Below, in pieces: positions 50,244 through 63,500 of a stretch of 64,000 nt of DNA. Numbering within the stretch: the first letter of the stretch is position 1; every line of letters begins with the position of its first letter. The notes below the pieces were generated by a model that saw only the letters and a program-made list of their open reading frames with translations, made no database searches and had not been told where the DNA came from. Source of the DNA: Pocillopora damicornis (taxonomy: Eukaryota); the NCBI RefSeq assembly GCF_003704095.1, contig NW_020844647.1:186001-250000 (forward strand). Direction: 5' to 3'. The position numbers and the translations under genes were made by a program.

Positions 50244-52195
50244 ATGTTTCGATTATTTCGTGCACTAAGCTTCGTTTTTATCCTGGGTACCTTTGCAGTC
50301 TCAAAGAACCAATTTGTAAGTGGGAATTTTTTGTTAGTGAATACGAAGGCATATCGTCCTTTGTGGATGAACACATGTTATTAAATATTCATGCTGAACC
50401 CGGCAAGTTTATTGCTTAAACTCGTGCGCTACACAGTTTAGAGTCGTACCACGGTATTCGAGATCTCCCTTTTTTCAGGGCTCGAAGAATGGAACACAGC
50501 AAATTCAGTGTGGAAAGTCTGTTTTGAAGGACAGTTGTTCCTGCCGCGACGGTATGAACGTATCACAACTTGCTGAGTTTGATATTGTGCCCAAGTGGAA
50601 TTTGCTATTTCTTGTTATTTCATATTTTTCTTTTACATTAACGATCTTTTTTCACCCTTGTTTTTTTCAGGTAGAGACGGCAGAGATGGCCAAAACGGTA
50701 TGGAATAACCGAGAAAAATGTTGGATAGTTAAGTCGCACTTTAAAGGTTTTTTTGTAATAAACACTGAATCACTTAAACAGCCATAACTGGGTGAGAGCG
50801 TTCTACCAGCAATGCATAGTCAAGACTGAGAGTGCGCTTGTAAACGGCTAGATATCTCCAAAAGGATAGTTGGAATGCTAAAATGTTTCTCGCAAATATC
50901 TTATGCTTCATGAAAGTTACTCATAACAAATATTGTCTTGTCTTTGATCGAAGGAAAAGTAGGCCGCGATGGACGCGACGGGAAAATGGGAGCAAAGGTT
51001 GGTGTAAAGATATGACCAAAGAAATTAATGACAAAAACCACAACCCAAAACGAAAAAAAGAGAAAAAAAAGATGAAGAGAATGTTCTATTTCTACAGATC
51101 AAAAGCTACAGTAAGAAAAGTGTCTAAACTTCAATTTTCTTAAAGCGTCACCTAGTACATGTATAGCGTTTTAAATATACCTTTTTTTTATAATATATTT
51201 TGGGGTGAAAAAGGCCAACAAGGTCTCTGTAAAGAAAGTGTAGGAAAAACGCTGTCAAGTTGCGTGACTCACTTGATTTTTGTCTCCAAAGCTAATAATT
51301 TTTTGTATCATTGATTAGTAATTATCGTCTCAGTCGCAAGTTTTAACGAAAACTTTCCTCTTCTCAGGGAAATAAAGGACAACGAGGACCGAAGGGAAAC
51401 GACGGAATGAACGGCTCAAAGGTTGGTGTTTAAATTTCTTACAAACTTAACTTCAAAACCACAAAAGGGCAAAATAATAAAACTCATTCGTAGAAGCAAC
51501 AAGAAGTATGATTGTGATGTAATATTTCTTGTTCAATACTTAGAGAGCCAAAGGGGAGCAGGGCTTTCATGGGAAAGATGGTATAAACGGAAAAAACGAC
51601 AGTCGATGATTTTTCCTAAGAAACCTTAGTACGAGTTCTCTCTCTTTTTTTTTTTTTTTTTTAAATAACACTCAAAGTTAACTTATCTGCCAAACGACAA
51701 AAAAGCGTAAAAAAAATTTTTAAAAAATTGAGAAAGAAGGAAAAAAGCAGTTCCTTAGTTGGGGGAACTCATTAGGCGTTCCACAAAAAAAAAACCAACT
51801 GAAAAATGGCAAAAGAAAAAAACAGTCCTCTGGTTAAAGGTTTAGCTATAAGATTTGGTAAACCGTGGCCATTCAAAAGTATTGTCATTACTTAGTTGCA
51901 AGTAAAATTCTGTGCCTACTGTCGCACCACTACCAAAGAGTTTTGTGGCCATCGCTCAAATATCTGCTAAATCGATTTCTACAGTGTAGCAATTTTTTTT
52001 TTATTCATGAATTGAACACTTTGAGTTTCTATTTTTTCAGGGTCAAAAAGGTGAAACCGGTCCAGCTGGTAAATCACCACAAGGTGCCATCAAGTTTGGT
52101 GACACCGCTGAGAAATGTACTCTGCGAACTGCTGGCACCGTTCGTTACAATGCTTCCCAAAATGCTTTGCAGCTCTGCGATGGAAGCGCTTGGTT
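50244..52195 (+). CDS. Collagen + fibrinogen-related gene, copy E (inverted; 3' end lost in gap; possibly damaged)
   Basis: Signal exon from ATG 50244, cysteine exon 50479-50551, collagen exons, and neck exon from 52041 to the gap at 52196. The 54-nt exon 51544-51597 has Gly->Arg at its first codon and a GA instead of GT donor. Confidence 0.7.
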
Positions 52196-52526
52196 NNNNN
52201 NNNNNNNNNNNNNNNNNNNNNNNNNNNNNNNNNNNNNNNNNNNNNNNNNNNNNNNNNNNNNNNNNNNNNNNNNNNNNNNNNNNNNNNNNNNNNNNTAACT
52301 TTTCTCTCCTAAAATCAAATCATTATAATTGGGAGAAACCCTGTGCTAATATATAATTTTATTTAAAGAGACAAGTTGAAACGAAAATAATGGAAGAATT
52401 TTATCGTCTTTTTTCAGCGTTTTCTTTCTTCAGGTTTAATAACTCTTTGTAATTCCTTTGTACAATGATCTACATTTTCATAATTTCTATATGTTAGTAT
52501 GGCCTTCTATACCAGTCCACGTTGTG

Positions 52527-55500
52527 TCATATCATTGGAATCTTCTCAATACTGGGTATCACATCGACTTTGTAAAGCACAGGCGATGAATCGAAATGCC
52601 AGATACTAGAATTCTTGCTCATGCGCCGTAGACGCCGGCAGTAGAGCAATATGGCGGCTAAGACTGTGATGCTACACACGAGGAGAATTATGCGGAATTG
52701 AAGGTCACTGGCGTAACTCCAGAAAGCGTGGTAAGAGCTCTTGTACTGCGAGTGTAACTGGACTTCCCTGTAAATTTAAAACAAAACGGTGTTATAATGA
52801 AACCACTGTGGACGAAAGCAATTTCCAAAGGAGTGTTGGAAGCAATTTGAGATTGAAATCGTTTCGCTCTACTTCGATCTGTGATTGGTCAAGAAGCTCG
52901 CGCCACATTCTAACCTATCAAATGATAAACCAATCAACTGCAACTTGGTAGCACGCGTTTTCCCTCGCTTGTAGCGAGTCGTTAGTCACTTCGAATGTTC
53001 ATCTATTGGCCACTGAAATTACTTTGGTTGTAATTTGAAGACAACTTGCGGAAAAGCGTTCCAGTCATGAACGTAGCTACAAAATACTGCAAAATAAAGT
53101 TAGAACTCTATTCTCTGATTTATTGATTATTTATCAGCCGTTCGTTTAGTCAACAGATCATGAGCGACGTTACCGAATGGCTAAAAACTAACAAACTTTC
53201 AAACTGAGCGGAACTTCGTTGCCTTACCTTAGAGGGAGAAATCTTGTCCGATAAAGTATAGCACCGAGTGTCCATTGCACCTCTTTACCGCGAATGTAGA
53301 AGGCAGAACGTAAATTGCTGTAGTTTTGAGGAAACTTAAAGCCTTCGTGAAGAACTGTGGTCATCCAAGCTGCTTTGAAACACTGAAACCTTAACAAAAA
53401 AACAGTTCATCATCATCAAATTAACTGCTCAAAGAAAGTAACGCTCATTTATATAATAATCAGTCTATAAAAATATTCGACTTAATTCTGCACAGCCTCA
53501 AGTAAACTGAGGCTACTGAAACTATGGTAGCTGATCATGAGGTATATGATATCGGGCGCCTAGAGGCGTGCAGTTGGTTTGTAGTTAATCCGGGATTGTT
53601 CTTTGAGTCTCTTCGTGATTGGTCCAGAAAAACCACATCACCATATAAACCAATTAAATGCAAAACCGATGGCGCCTTAGTCGCTTTCATTTTCCGCGCT
53701 TACGGCGCAGGTCTAAGCCTTGAGTTCTCATTGGCTTCATGTTTTATTTTCTGTTGTTCTGATTGACCCTTGCGATTACTTGGGTTTTTTTTACGAATTA
53801 CGGCAAGTTGAATCCCGAACGTTGCAAATAAACTGTCTTACTTGAGCCTGTGATCATCTGCGAAGGGGTAGAGGCCTTTAGAATGGCGTGACACGAGAGT
53901 AGACCAACGTGTACTGCAGAATTCCTGAAATGATATCGAAAAAGGTCAGTTTAATAGTCGACAAGCTTTGTCGTAAGAAGACACTAACATACTGTTCCCT
54001 ATTTTACAGCTGAGTATAAAAGCTCTCAGAAATTGGTACGGTAAACGAAACACAGCGGTTGTACGGACTACTGAGGTAATGTCGGTAACGTGCTTCACGG
54101 TGTCAGAACCGAATTGTCTCACACGAGATAAAAACAACCGCACAAGCCAGTAAGTCACCGTGTTTTAGAAGCGCAAAAAGATTTTTGTAAGGCTCCAAAC
54201 AGAATGGTAAATTAACAGGTTACTCGTACTTGAATGAACTTTATCTTCGAAAAGTCTTGAGTTTTCCTTTTACAAATTTCTAAGAACGTTTCAATCTTCT
54301 TCCATTTATTTTGCGAGACAGAGGTTGTTTCTCATTTTATGCTTTGAAATTTTGCGCGGGAAATTGGCGCGCGGCCGGCTAAAATTGATCACCTCGCGCA
54401 TGCTCAACATATGACCGCTGTGTTGTGTCGGTAGACGTTAAGGATTTGCTAAGAATCGAAAATCTCACCTCTACAGCTTGCCTCATGCTACTCGCACTGT
54501 ACTGTCCCCCGATTCTCAAGACATCATGCATTGAATACCAATACTCGGAGAATCCGTAAAATTCTACGGTCTCGTAATCAATACGAGGCTGATAGACAGC
54601 GTTAAACGAACAGGGCTTTTTTGGGCAGGGTCTGGTACGGTTCAGTAGTGGAAGAATCAGTTCTTTACATTTGATATATTCTCCTGTTCCAAGGAAGTTG
54701 TATTTCTTTCCCTTGTAAGTTCCTTGCTCTGTGCATTCAGCGGGTAAACATGGATCGAGATACGCACCAGATGTGCTGTGTATGCAAAGAGAATAATGAT
54801 GTGGTACATGTGATACATGAAATGCAAGAGAGACGCATTAAATCAAAACTTTTTTTGGCGCGTCAATTTAGAAAAAGCCTTTGTGAAATGAGGGTTTGGA
54901 AAGCTTTCTACATCAGGTTGGAGAAAGAACAAAACACTGAATAAAGAAAGGCAAGGTGTGTTTGACAAGTTTAGAGATATAGCTCGTTGAATGTTGAAAT
55001 GTAGAAGTTGGGGTTAACTGTTAGCCGTAAAACAGCCAAACATTAAGCCGTTAGGCGTAAAAATTGACAAAATTTAACCGTTAGTCGTAAAAAAAATTAA
55101 TCGTTTAATTTTTATTGTTGAACGTTAGCCGTACAAGCCATCAACCCATTGAGACTCACATAGAAAGATCAGACATAAACAAGCTAAAACTTCAAAGTCG
55201 CAAAGACCTTTACGCACTGGATTGCAGACCGAGAAGTCTGCGTTCGAGCAGACTTCATAGTTCCAGCCGTAACCGCTACTTCATTATTTTTTTTCTCCTT
55301 TGAAGAAATTTTTATTCACCAAATGCCGCGCCCTACCAATAAGCAAACCTATGGGAGAAGTTAAGGACCTGGAGTGGACTCGTGTCTCAGCCAAAAGAAA
55401 TTATGGCAATACAGCTCATTGTTTCTTACAACACTTGGATAAAAGCCCAGATTCAACTTTCCCCCCTATATGGCACAGAACTTTCTAGTAAGACTTTAAC

Positions 55501-58500
55501 AACTGTAAAAAGTAAAAATGAGTTATGCAAGTCTCGGAGCTTTCACCAATCCACGATATCATCAGGGATCTGAGTAGGTGAAAGCTTGCAGACTTGTTTT
55601 CAATTCGCTTACTAATTTTTTTAAATAGCTAAAGGCCTCCTAAGAAACCATTATAACATTTTAAGATGCTACTTGAGGACAACATGAAACGATTACTTTC
55701 CTCGTTTACTTTGTCTCTTGGAATAATTACTTACTCATCAATGCTCAATGTTCTATTCTTGGTGATGACAAGCTTTGTGAATCTGTCTCTAGCAGCATTG
55801 CCTCCAAACCCAAGGAACGTAGCAACATAGAGATGGTAATTGTGTGTAGTTTTGTGGGAGTCACAGCCCAGGTTGACTTGCGCACTTAACTCTGATGGAA
55901 CCCATACCTAAAACACAGAGGAATGTTATACGCTGGTTTCCTTATCTTGCCTCTTCAATCGAATCAACTTCATAGTCCACAATTATTTACAAAGCATATC
56001 TTAAGTCATTTTAGTGAGTTTGTGCGTGAATCATGAAAATTTTCTTAGAAGTGAATTTAGTCACCTTTTACACTTTTTAAATTCCATTTTCAGATTATCA
56101 ATATTACATTGACTGACTTGCAAACAGCCATAGCTAGTGTATTAGGCAGGTTGGTCACTTAACCATTAACTCCCAGATCAAATTTGTAATTCTCTGTACT
56201 GTCAATCATACAATTCTTACAATATCAGTTCAAGGAATTTAGTATTGGATATTTTTCTTTATTCTCATTACCTATCGGGTTGTTATTGTATTGATATTGT
56301 AGGGAGAAATTCTGTCTTGGTCACTCATGGGAGTTAAAAGGTTAATTAAGAATGAGATAACTAACTAAACTATCACTAATATCATTATCCTCATGTTGTT
56401 ATCCTTTGGGTACTTACAGACTTCCCAACTTCAAATGCAATTTGTGCAGAGCCTCCACCCATGTCAAGAGACCCCACTGTACTTTTACGGCTAACTTCTG
56501 ATACACTGTTGTTCAGTGGTGACTCTGTTAAAATTAAAATCATAACATAAAATTACAAAGTTTACAAAATATGCTCACTTTAACAATAAATTTCTGCTAC
56601 TAAGATCATAGTCAGTAGCAAGTTTGTTTCCTGGTTAGAAAACTCTACAGATTTCTTACAAATTTTCAGTCCATTTTTGGACCTAACTATGCACAATTGA
56701 TCACTACAAACAGACAGGTGGAGAAATACCTCAAATTTATTCAAACATGATGTGCAAACATGAGAACAAAATATTGTGCACAGTCAGAAACCCCCGACCT
56801 ATTTACTGAGACATGGTTGTTATCATCTTCAATTTCTTCCAGCTTTTCTTTGAGTGCCCTGACACCACCACTAACCATGGTTATATAATTCAATGAAAAC
56901 ACCTCTGTTCTTAAGCACTAGACCTCTATGATAGAAACTTCAAGTACCATGGCTAATTTGATCCCTTTGTTTCACATAACAGTGTATCATTATCCCTTAA
57001 AAACCCTAAGAGTGACCAAAATCTTATTTCTTTTCATAGTAACACTGCTGAATCATACATTGAGATCAAGAGAATAAAGAAAATGATTACCATTACCTAA
57101 GAAGCATTGATTGTTAAATGAATTACTCCTATCAGTACACAAGAAAATGTACAGAGAGGAGTAAGGAGAATTTAAACACTGATACTGGGATATAAAGAGT
57201 TATTGAAATTTCTCATGAGGTCATTACTCATTCATCTAGCCATAGATTTAATTTGTTGGAATAAAAACCTGAAAAATTATGCCATCTACAGTACTGGTAA
57301 GTAAAATACCTTGACTATCATGTGAATGATCAAATCTTCCCAACTCAAAGTTGACTCCAATCCATGAATAAATTCCTGTGAAATAAGATATGCAGTACCT
57401 CAAAGCATTATTCAATAACTAAAAACTGATGACTAGCTCATCTTTCACACATAAGCATGATTTTTTACACTGTGGTTTAGAGAAGAGTTGAAAGTAACTA
57501 AAGTCTTCCAATTCAAAATCAAAATTTGCTTTTCAAGTTGTCCACACTAGAAAATTTCATCAAGTTTTGCCATGAAAAGGTTACTTTTGATCAAGGTGAC
57601 TTCTAAAGAAAAGACTAGTCATGTGAAACCTAAACTGGTGTGGGAAATGTTGTTCAGAGAATGATCTTGTGCAACACTAATGTAGCTTAATGCACTAGCT
57701 CCACTACAAAAGACTACACAGCAAAAGACCAACTCATTTCATACATTGGGAAGCTATCAATTACTGTTGGGGTTTGATCTCGTTAGAGCAGATTGTCAAG
57801 ACCTTCCAGAGGACTAAGCTTGTAACTTGGTTACCATTCCCCCCAATAATGTTTTTACAATAACTACTATAATAATGGATTATAATTTTGTGATTGTTTT
57901 GTTCTAGATTGATTTGGAAAACCACTTTGGCAGATTATGTTTTTACTAGACCTGTAATTCAGTGCGCAATGGCATGCAAGATGAACTTTGTACATTACTG
58001 ACAACAAAACAATTACAAAATTCTTTAAGTACAGTGTTATTCGACTAAATATACATCCTCATGTACCTTCTTGCTTTCCTGTGATGACCTCAACATGAGA
58101 AGATGTGAAATGGAAATTGTATTTCAAAGGAACATCCACTCTTAGGTCATCTAAAATAGCTTCTTGATCAGCAACAGAAAGCATTCGCATGCCAGCTGTA
58201 GCCAGGATATAAAGAGGTGTTTCTTTGTGCTTGTGTTCAGGAATTTGTTGTGCAGCAAAGGATAGAAGAGGATCAATGTAGGATGATGCATCTGACGGCC
58301 GATGAACTTGACTAGAGATCCCTAAAATCAAAGTTTTAAAGAGTCCATAAGTGATAGCAACATAAATTGAACCTTAAACTCTCATGAGTGACCAAGATAG
58401 AATTTCTCCTTACAATATCAATACAATGTCAAACAGACAAGTGATGAGAATAAAAAGGAAAAACTAACTGGTCCAATGACCATTATTGGGTATCAATAAG

Positions 58501-60152
58501 AAGGGTACGTGCTTTTGCATTACTTTTTTCACCCCTGAGTAACTTGCATCTTGTATTGACACAATGAATTGGTAATCAGACTCTGTGTCACATAATTCAG
58601 GGGTGATTTGCTCATAATATCAGATCAGCCTTGTGTTACTTGCTCAGCCAAAAACCAAAACCATTTCTTTTTACTGGGCCTAGGGAAGGGTGCATCTAAA
58701 AACCAGCAGGCATGGAGAACTTATACTGCAGATATAATTCATAGAATCATTCCTGAAGATTATACCTGGTTTGATTTTCATTCTGACTGGATTTCCCCTG
58801 GTATCTTTCATTTGTTTAATTTGTAGCAACTCATCTGGATTACCATTGTGAGGTGGCCAGTAATAAATAAACACACGAGATCCACTACTTCCGCAGTCAA
58901 TGACAATGCCATAATGATGGTGAGAATCAGCTCCATGTTCATAAAAATCCGTTGACGCAAAGCGTCTAGTTCTGTTACCATACCAATTCACATTACCAAC
59001 AAGAAAAAGAGTTCCTAGTAAAACAATGATAAAAATAACAGCTAGAAAAATAAAAGTTCGCAGTGAGTCTTTTTGTAGTCCACACATGTGTGAGAATAGT
59101 CTTCTTGTACAAGAACATGTACTGTCTGAGGAGGATGATATTATTCCTGGTCTAAGAAAAGAAGGAAGACTGGTCCATCGTATTGAGATCCTAATGAACA
59201 AAAAAGAACAAAATTGTTTATACTGTATCTTATCAGATGAATAAAAAGTTATTGTGACAAGGGAAATGATTCTGTAATTACAAGATAATTTAGTGTTCTC
59301 AATTGAGTTGATAATGTTAATAGGCCACTGTAAAGAGTTTCTTAAGCTAATAATGGTTTTTGGGCTCTAACCCTTTGTGTTATGCTCTGACAAATAGCTG
59401 GGTTTTGAAACATTGGCTTTAGAAACTCCTAATAGAGGCCAATTTACATCATGTTGATAAAACCAAATTATCTTGTAATTCTTCTCCCCCCTTCCAACAC
59501 AAAAGCACCACAAACATTAAGTACCTATCAACTTAAAGCTCCAAAAATATTCTAGAATATTTCAGTCTGAGAGGGGACCTTTGTGATTTTTCAAATGCGT
59601 GTCAAATGCCCAAAGAAAGGAAAAATGTACTTGGTTAATTTTCTCTCCACTTTAAAATCAATTTATCTTCACAATGATCTCATCCACCTCGACATTTAAT
59701 TCATACAACAACCCAAAATGAGATTTCTCTTGGTAATATTTCTTTCCTTTCTGTTTTGTATTTTGACACTTGATTAGAGGTCTTCAAAGAAAACACGAAA
59801 TCCAACGAATTGGAATTTCGTGATTTTTGTGATCAAAAAAGTTTGAGTGATCAGGAGTATTCTGAAGTTTAGCCAGGAGTGGCAGTATAAAAGCTACCTC
59901 AATATATATACCGAATGCACGCTACAAGCACATGGACGTATAGAATTTTTTTTTCTTAATCATACAAACAGAATTCACGCCAGAAAGGATATAAAATTAT
60001 CGATAGAGGAAGCCACATCCTCTCTAACCTCAAACATGGCTGAATCGCACTACCGAACTTCCCTTACATGAATATTGTTATCAATAATACTCTGTAATAA
60101 GCTCAAAATATTGTATCTAAAGGTACAAAAAATTAACTTACCGGCCGACCAT
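52527..60152 (-). CDS. ENTPD4: Ectonucleoside triphosphate diphosphohydrolase 4/7-like (GDA1/CD39 family, two TM helices)
   Basis: Exons 60152-60142 (MVGR), 59190-58766, 58321-58067, 57375-57310, 56524-56418, 55907-55735, 54775-54469, 53924-53842, 53389-53228, 52767-52527. Apyrase conserved regions DCGSSGSR, LATAGMR, TGKQEG, DMGGGSAQ and WTLGA. The motif WPPHNGNPDELLQIKQM is characteristic of ENTPD4/7; the two paralogs cannot be told apart here. Confidence 0.9.
55012..55157. repeat. Dispersed repeat with ttaaccgttagccgtaaaa units
   Basis: Homologous to 35975-36172. Confidence 0.7.
56159..56345. mobile_element. piggyBac-type MITE (family 1)
   Basis: TTAA-ccattaactccc ... gggagttaaaagg-TTAA; internal match to 22370-22580. 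Confidence 0.72.
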
Positions 60153-60531
60153 TCTGTATTTCTGTCCTAATCGGGGATATTACAAAACGATTGCCGCAAT
60201 AACAAGAGTTATTTACGAAGCTAGGTGAATAAACACACCTGGGCTCCTTCATGACTCCAAGCAAGAACTGATTGCGAACATAATTTGCTTGTAAATGAAA
60301 TGCTTATCAACAATTAAAACACCGGCGAACTGAGGAAGCGCCACGTCTGTTTTCACTCACGCAATATTGCCTGCGGCTGATCAAATGAACAGGACATCGT
60401 TTGTATAAGAAGTAGGAATTTTTAGCAAACGAGCCGTGCGATCAGCGGGTTTCTTGATTCATTATGCGCTGAATCTGAAACAAAAAGAATTATCTGCGCA
60501 GCTGTTTTGGAGCCATCGCCTGACAAGAAAC
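60153..60531. promoter_or_regulatory. Putative bidirectional promoter between ENTPD4/7 and CCT7
   Basis: The two start codons diverge and are only 379 bp apart. Confidence 0.6.
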
Positions 60532-63500
60532 ATGATGGTAAGATACACATTAACATCTTTTTCCATCTTGAGTAGTTAAGCCAAGTATAAGGATTACATT
60601 TATGACACGAGAAGGGAAAAGACGCATCTTTCTCTTCACAAACATTTTATTTAGATGCGCAGCACTGATTCAAAACTACTCCGCTCACATGTTTGACATG
60701 TATTATTTTGACAGCAACCGGGTATAATTTTGCTCAAGGAGGGGACAGACGCCTCGCAGGGTGTTCCTCAACTCATCAGCAATATAAACGCTTGTCAGTT
60801 TATTGCTGATGCAGTTCGGACAACTTTAGGGCCAAGAGGAATGGATAAACTAATTGTAAATAGTCAAGGTAGGTCTACAGTACAGTACAGTACACTCCCG
60901 TCGTTCAGAGCATGTACACTTCTGAAGAGACAGTAGTACTTCATCTTACTTTATTTTCTTCTTGGTCTCTGTGTAGGGAAAGCCACGATTTCCAATGACG
61001 GTGCTACAATTATAAGTCTCTTAGATGTCGTCCATCCTGCGGCAAAAACTCTTGTAGATATTTCAAAGTCGCAAGACGCGGAGGTGTGTGTAATTTGCTC
61101 GAGGGTTATATTTCTGTAGTATTTCTTATAGTGCAATTGTAAATGTAGTCAGAATGTCAGTGATCGACGTTGTTGACTTCCGTTTACAAATGGCATCCAT
61201 ACATACTTAGCCGCATGAATTAAATACACCGTTCGTACCATCCCACCCTTCGTTGGAAAATCCTGTCTGCAATTATATCTTCTTGATCATCAATTTTCCC
61301 TGAAGAAGGAAATGTAGATCTTTCTCAGTGTGGCTTTTTCTTATTTTGTTGTGTATTTGGCGATATGTCATAAATATTTCTCTGTACCGCCAAAGGTTGC
61401 CATTTCGACCATTATTTCCATCAGGTGCCATTACACGAAAGATTTATCAACTGTAGAGATAGTCTAACTGCAGATAAATTTTCAGTGTACTTATGTAATT
61501 AAAACGCCCAAAACTAGTTGTTTTCTTTTATTATGTATGTTGGGTATCTTAAAACTTAAATACTGCATTACAACTAGAGTTATTTCCATATTGAAATAAA
61601 ATAAAAAAAAATGAAATAAAATCTTGTGAAGAGAAGAACAAAAACCATGGATACATCCATTAGAAAAGAGTTGAAAATGAATGGGAGGAAGATTAGATGA
61701 TGTTTCCTTCTGAAAAACAAACAAATAACTTAATTAGCTTGAACTTTTTAAACCCTAAGGAGTGACCAGCATCTAATTTCTCCTTAAGGCAATATCATGA
61801 AACAAGTTCTCCTTGTCAGTACAAGAGAAATGTGAAGAGAAGAGTAAGGAGAATGTGGATACTGATGTTAGGGTAAAAAGGGTTAAAAAGTTACTTACTG
61901 ACAGATTGAGAAGTTCATTTTGTATAATCAATGTACAGGTTGGTGATGGAACAACGACTGTCACTCTTCTTGCCAGTGAATTTCTAAAGCAAGTCAAACC
62001 ATTTATAGAAGAAGGAGTTCATGCTCAGATTGCTGTGAAGAGCTTTAGGAAGGCTGCAAATTTAGTGAGTAAAACTGTACAATTCTTTTCTCCTGTTGCA
62101 CGGTAAACCTCAGCATGGTTAGATTTTTATGTAAATGATTAAATTTTGATCTCTCTATCTTGGTTTTCAGGCAATTAGTAAAATTAAGGAGATTGCTGTC
62201 AAAATCAAGAAAGATGACCCCAAGTAAGTAGAACATGTCAGTGGAAATTTTGGCTACTCTAAAAAATTTAATGATTTTATGATTTAAAATATGTACCTTT
62301 ACTCAGTCTTAAAATTTTATATTTACTATGTTAAAATTTTTTCATAGTCTTGTGAAACATAGTATCCCTTTCTCCTAGCAGTCAACTTTCCTAAATCTCA
62401 CCACTTTGAGGATTTTGTTATAGTCATGGTTAACTTTCTGATCTTGCAGAGAAATGCGAGTATTGTTGGAAAGATGTGCAGCAACTTCACTAAATTCCAA
62501 ACTAGTAGCTGCCCATAAAGACTTCTTCTCCAAGATGGTAGTTGATGCTGTAATGCTTCTAGATGATCTTCTTCCACTGAACATGATTGGCATGAAGAAG
62601 GTGAAAGGTGGAGCCTTAGAAGATTCACGCCTCATCGCTGGTGTGGCCTTCAAGAAGACATTTTCCTATGCTGGATTTGAAATGCAACCCAAAAAGTACA
62701 AGAATCCCAAGATTGCAATGCTAAATGTAGAGCTTGAACTGAAGGCAGAAAAGGAAAATGCAGAGATTAGACTTGACAATGTGAAGGTAAGGGCACAGAA
62801 CGTAAAGTGTAGTGCTGCCATGATATATTAAGAGCATGAAAAAACTCTCTGGATCTGTAAACTTCTTCAGGAGCATCAGCACCTTGTATAGTCCAGATTG
62901 TAATGATCAATTCTTGGTTTAAGATTAACCCTGGCTCATGATATCATTATGATGGTATTAGAAATCACTTGCTTAACCCTTTCTCTCCTATTATCTTGAT
63001 GGAAATTCTCCTTACTGTGTGCTATACACTCTTAAGAAAGTTTGCTCTGAGAATTTGGTGTTGGATCAAATGATAATCCCCTAGTTAATATTTTTTGCTA
63101 TTCTCATCACTTTTCTGCTAGATATTGTATTGGTACTGCAAGAAGAAATTGTGTCTTAGTCATGGTTAATACACACTTCTGGATATGATGATTTACTCTG
63201 TGTAAAGGTTTATATTCACTTCACCATTCAAAAGTTAGTTCTCAATTCTGAGAAGTGAAAACTGTTGATAGGGTGTTTCCTTTTTATGGAAAAAAATTGG
63301 GAGAGCCTTTATCATAGAAGAGGAGCCTCCACTTTTAAAGGGTTCTCCGCTATAGAAACCATGCACAGAATTATGCGCATCAGAAGTGCACGAGGCTTAC
63401 TATTGATCTGATGATTTTCTCTCTTCCACAGGAATATCAGCAGATTGTGGATGCTGAGTGGGAGATCCTTTATGACAAACTGGACAAGATAGTCAAGAGT

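Noticed and set aside
61395-61430. Hammerhead-like CTGATG..GAAA on the minus strand
   Set aside because: The core reads CTGATGG rather than CTGANGA, and stem II cannot form.
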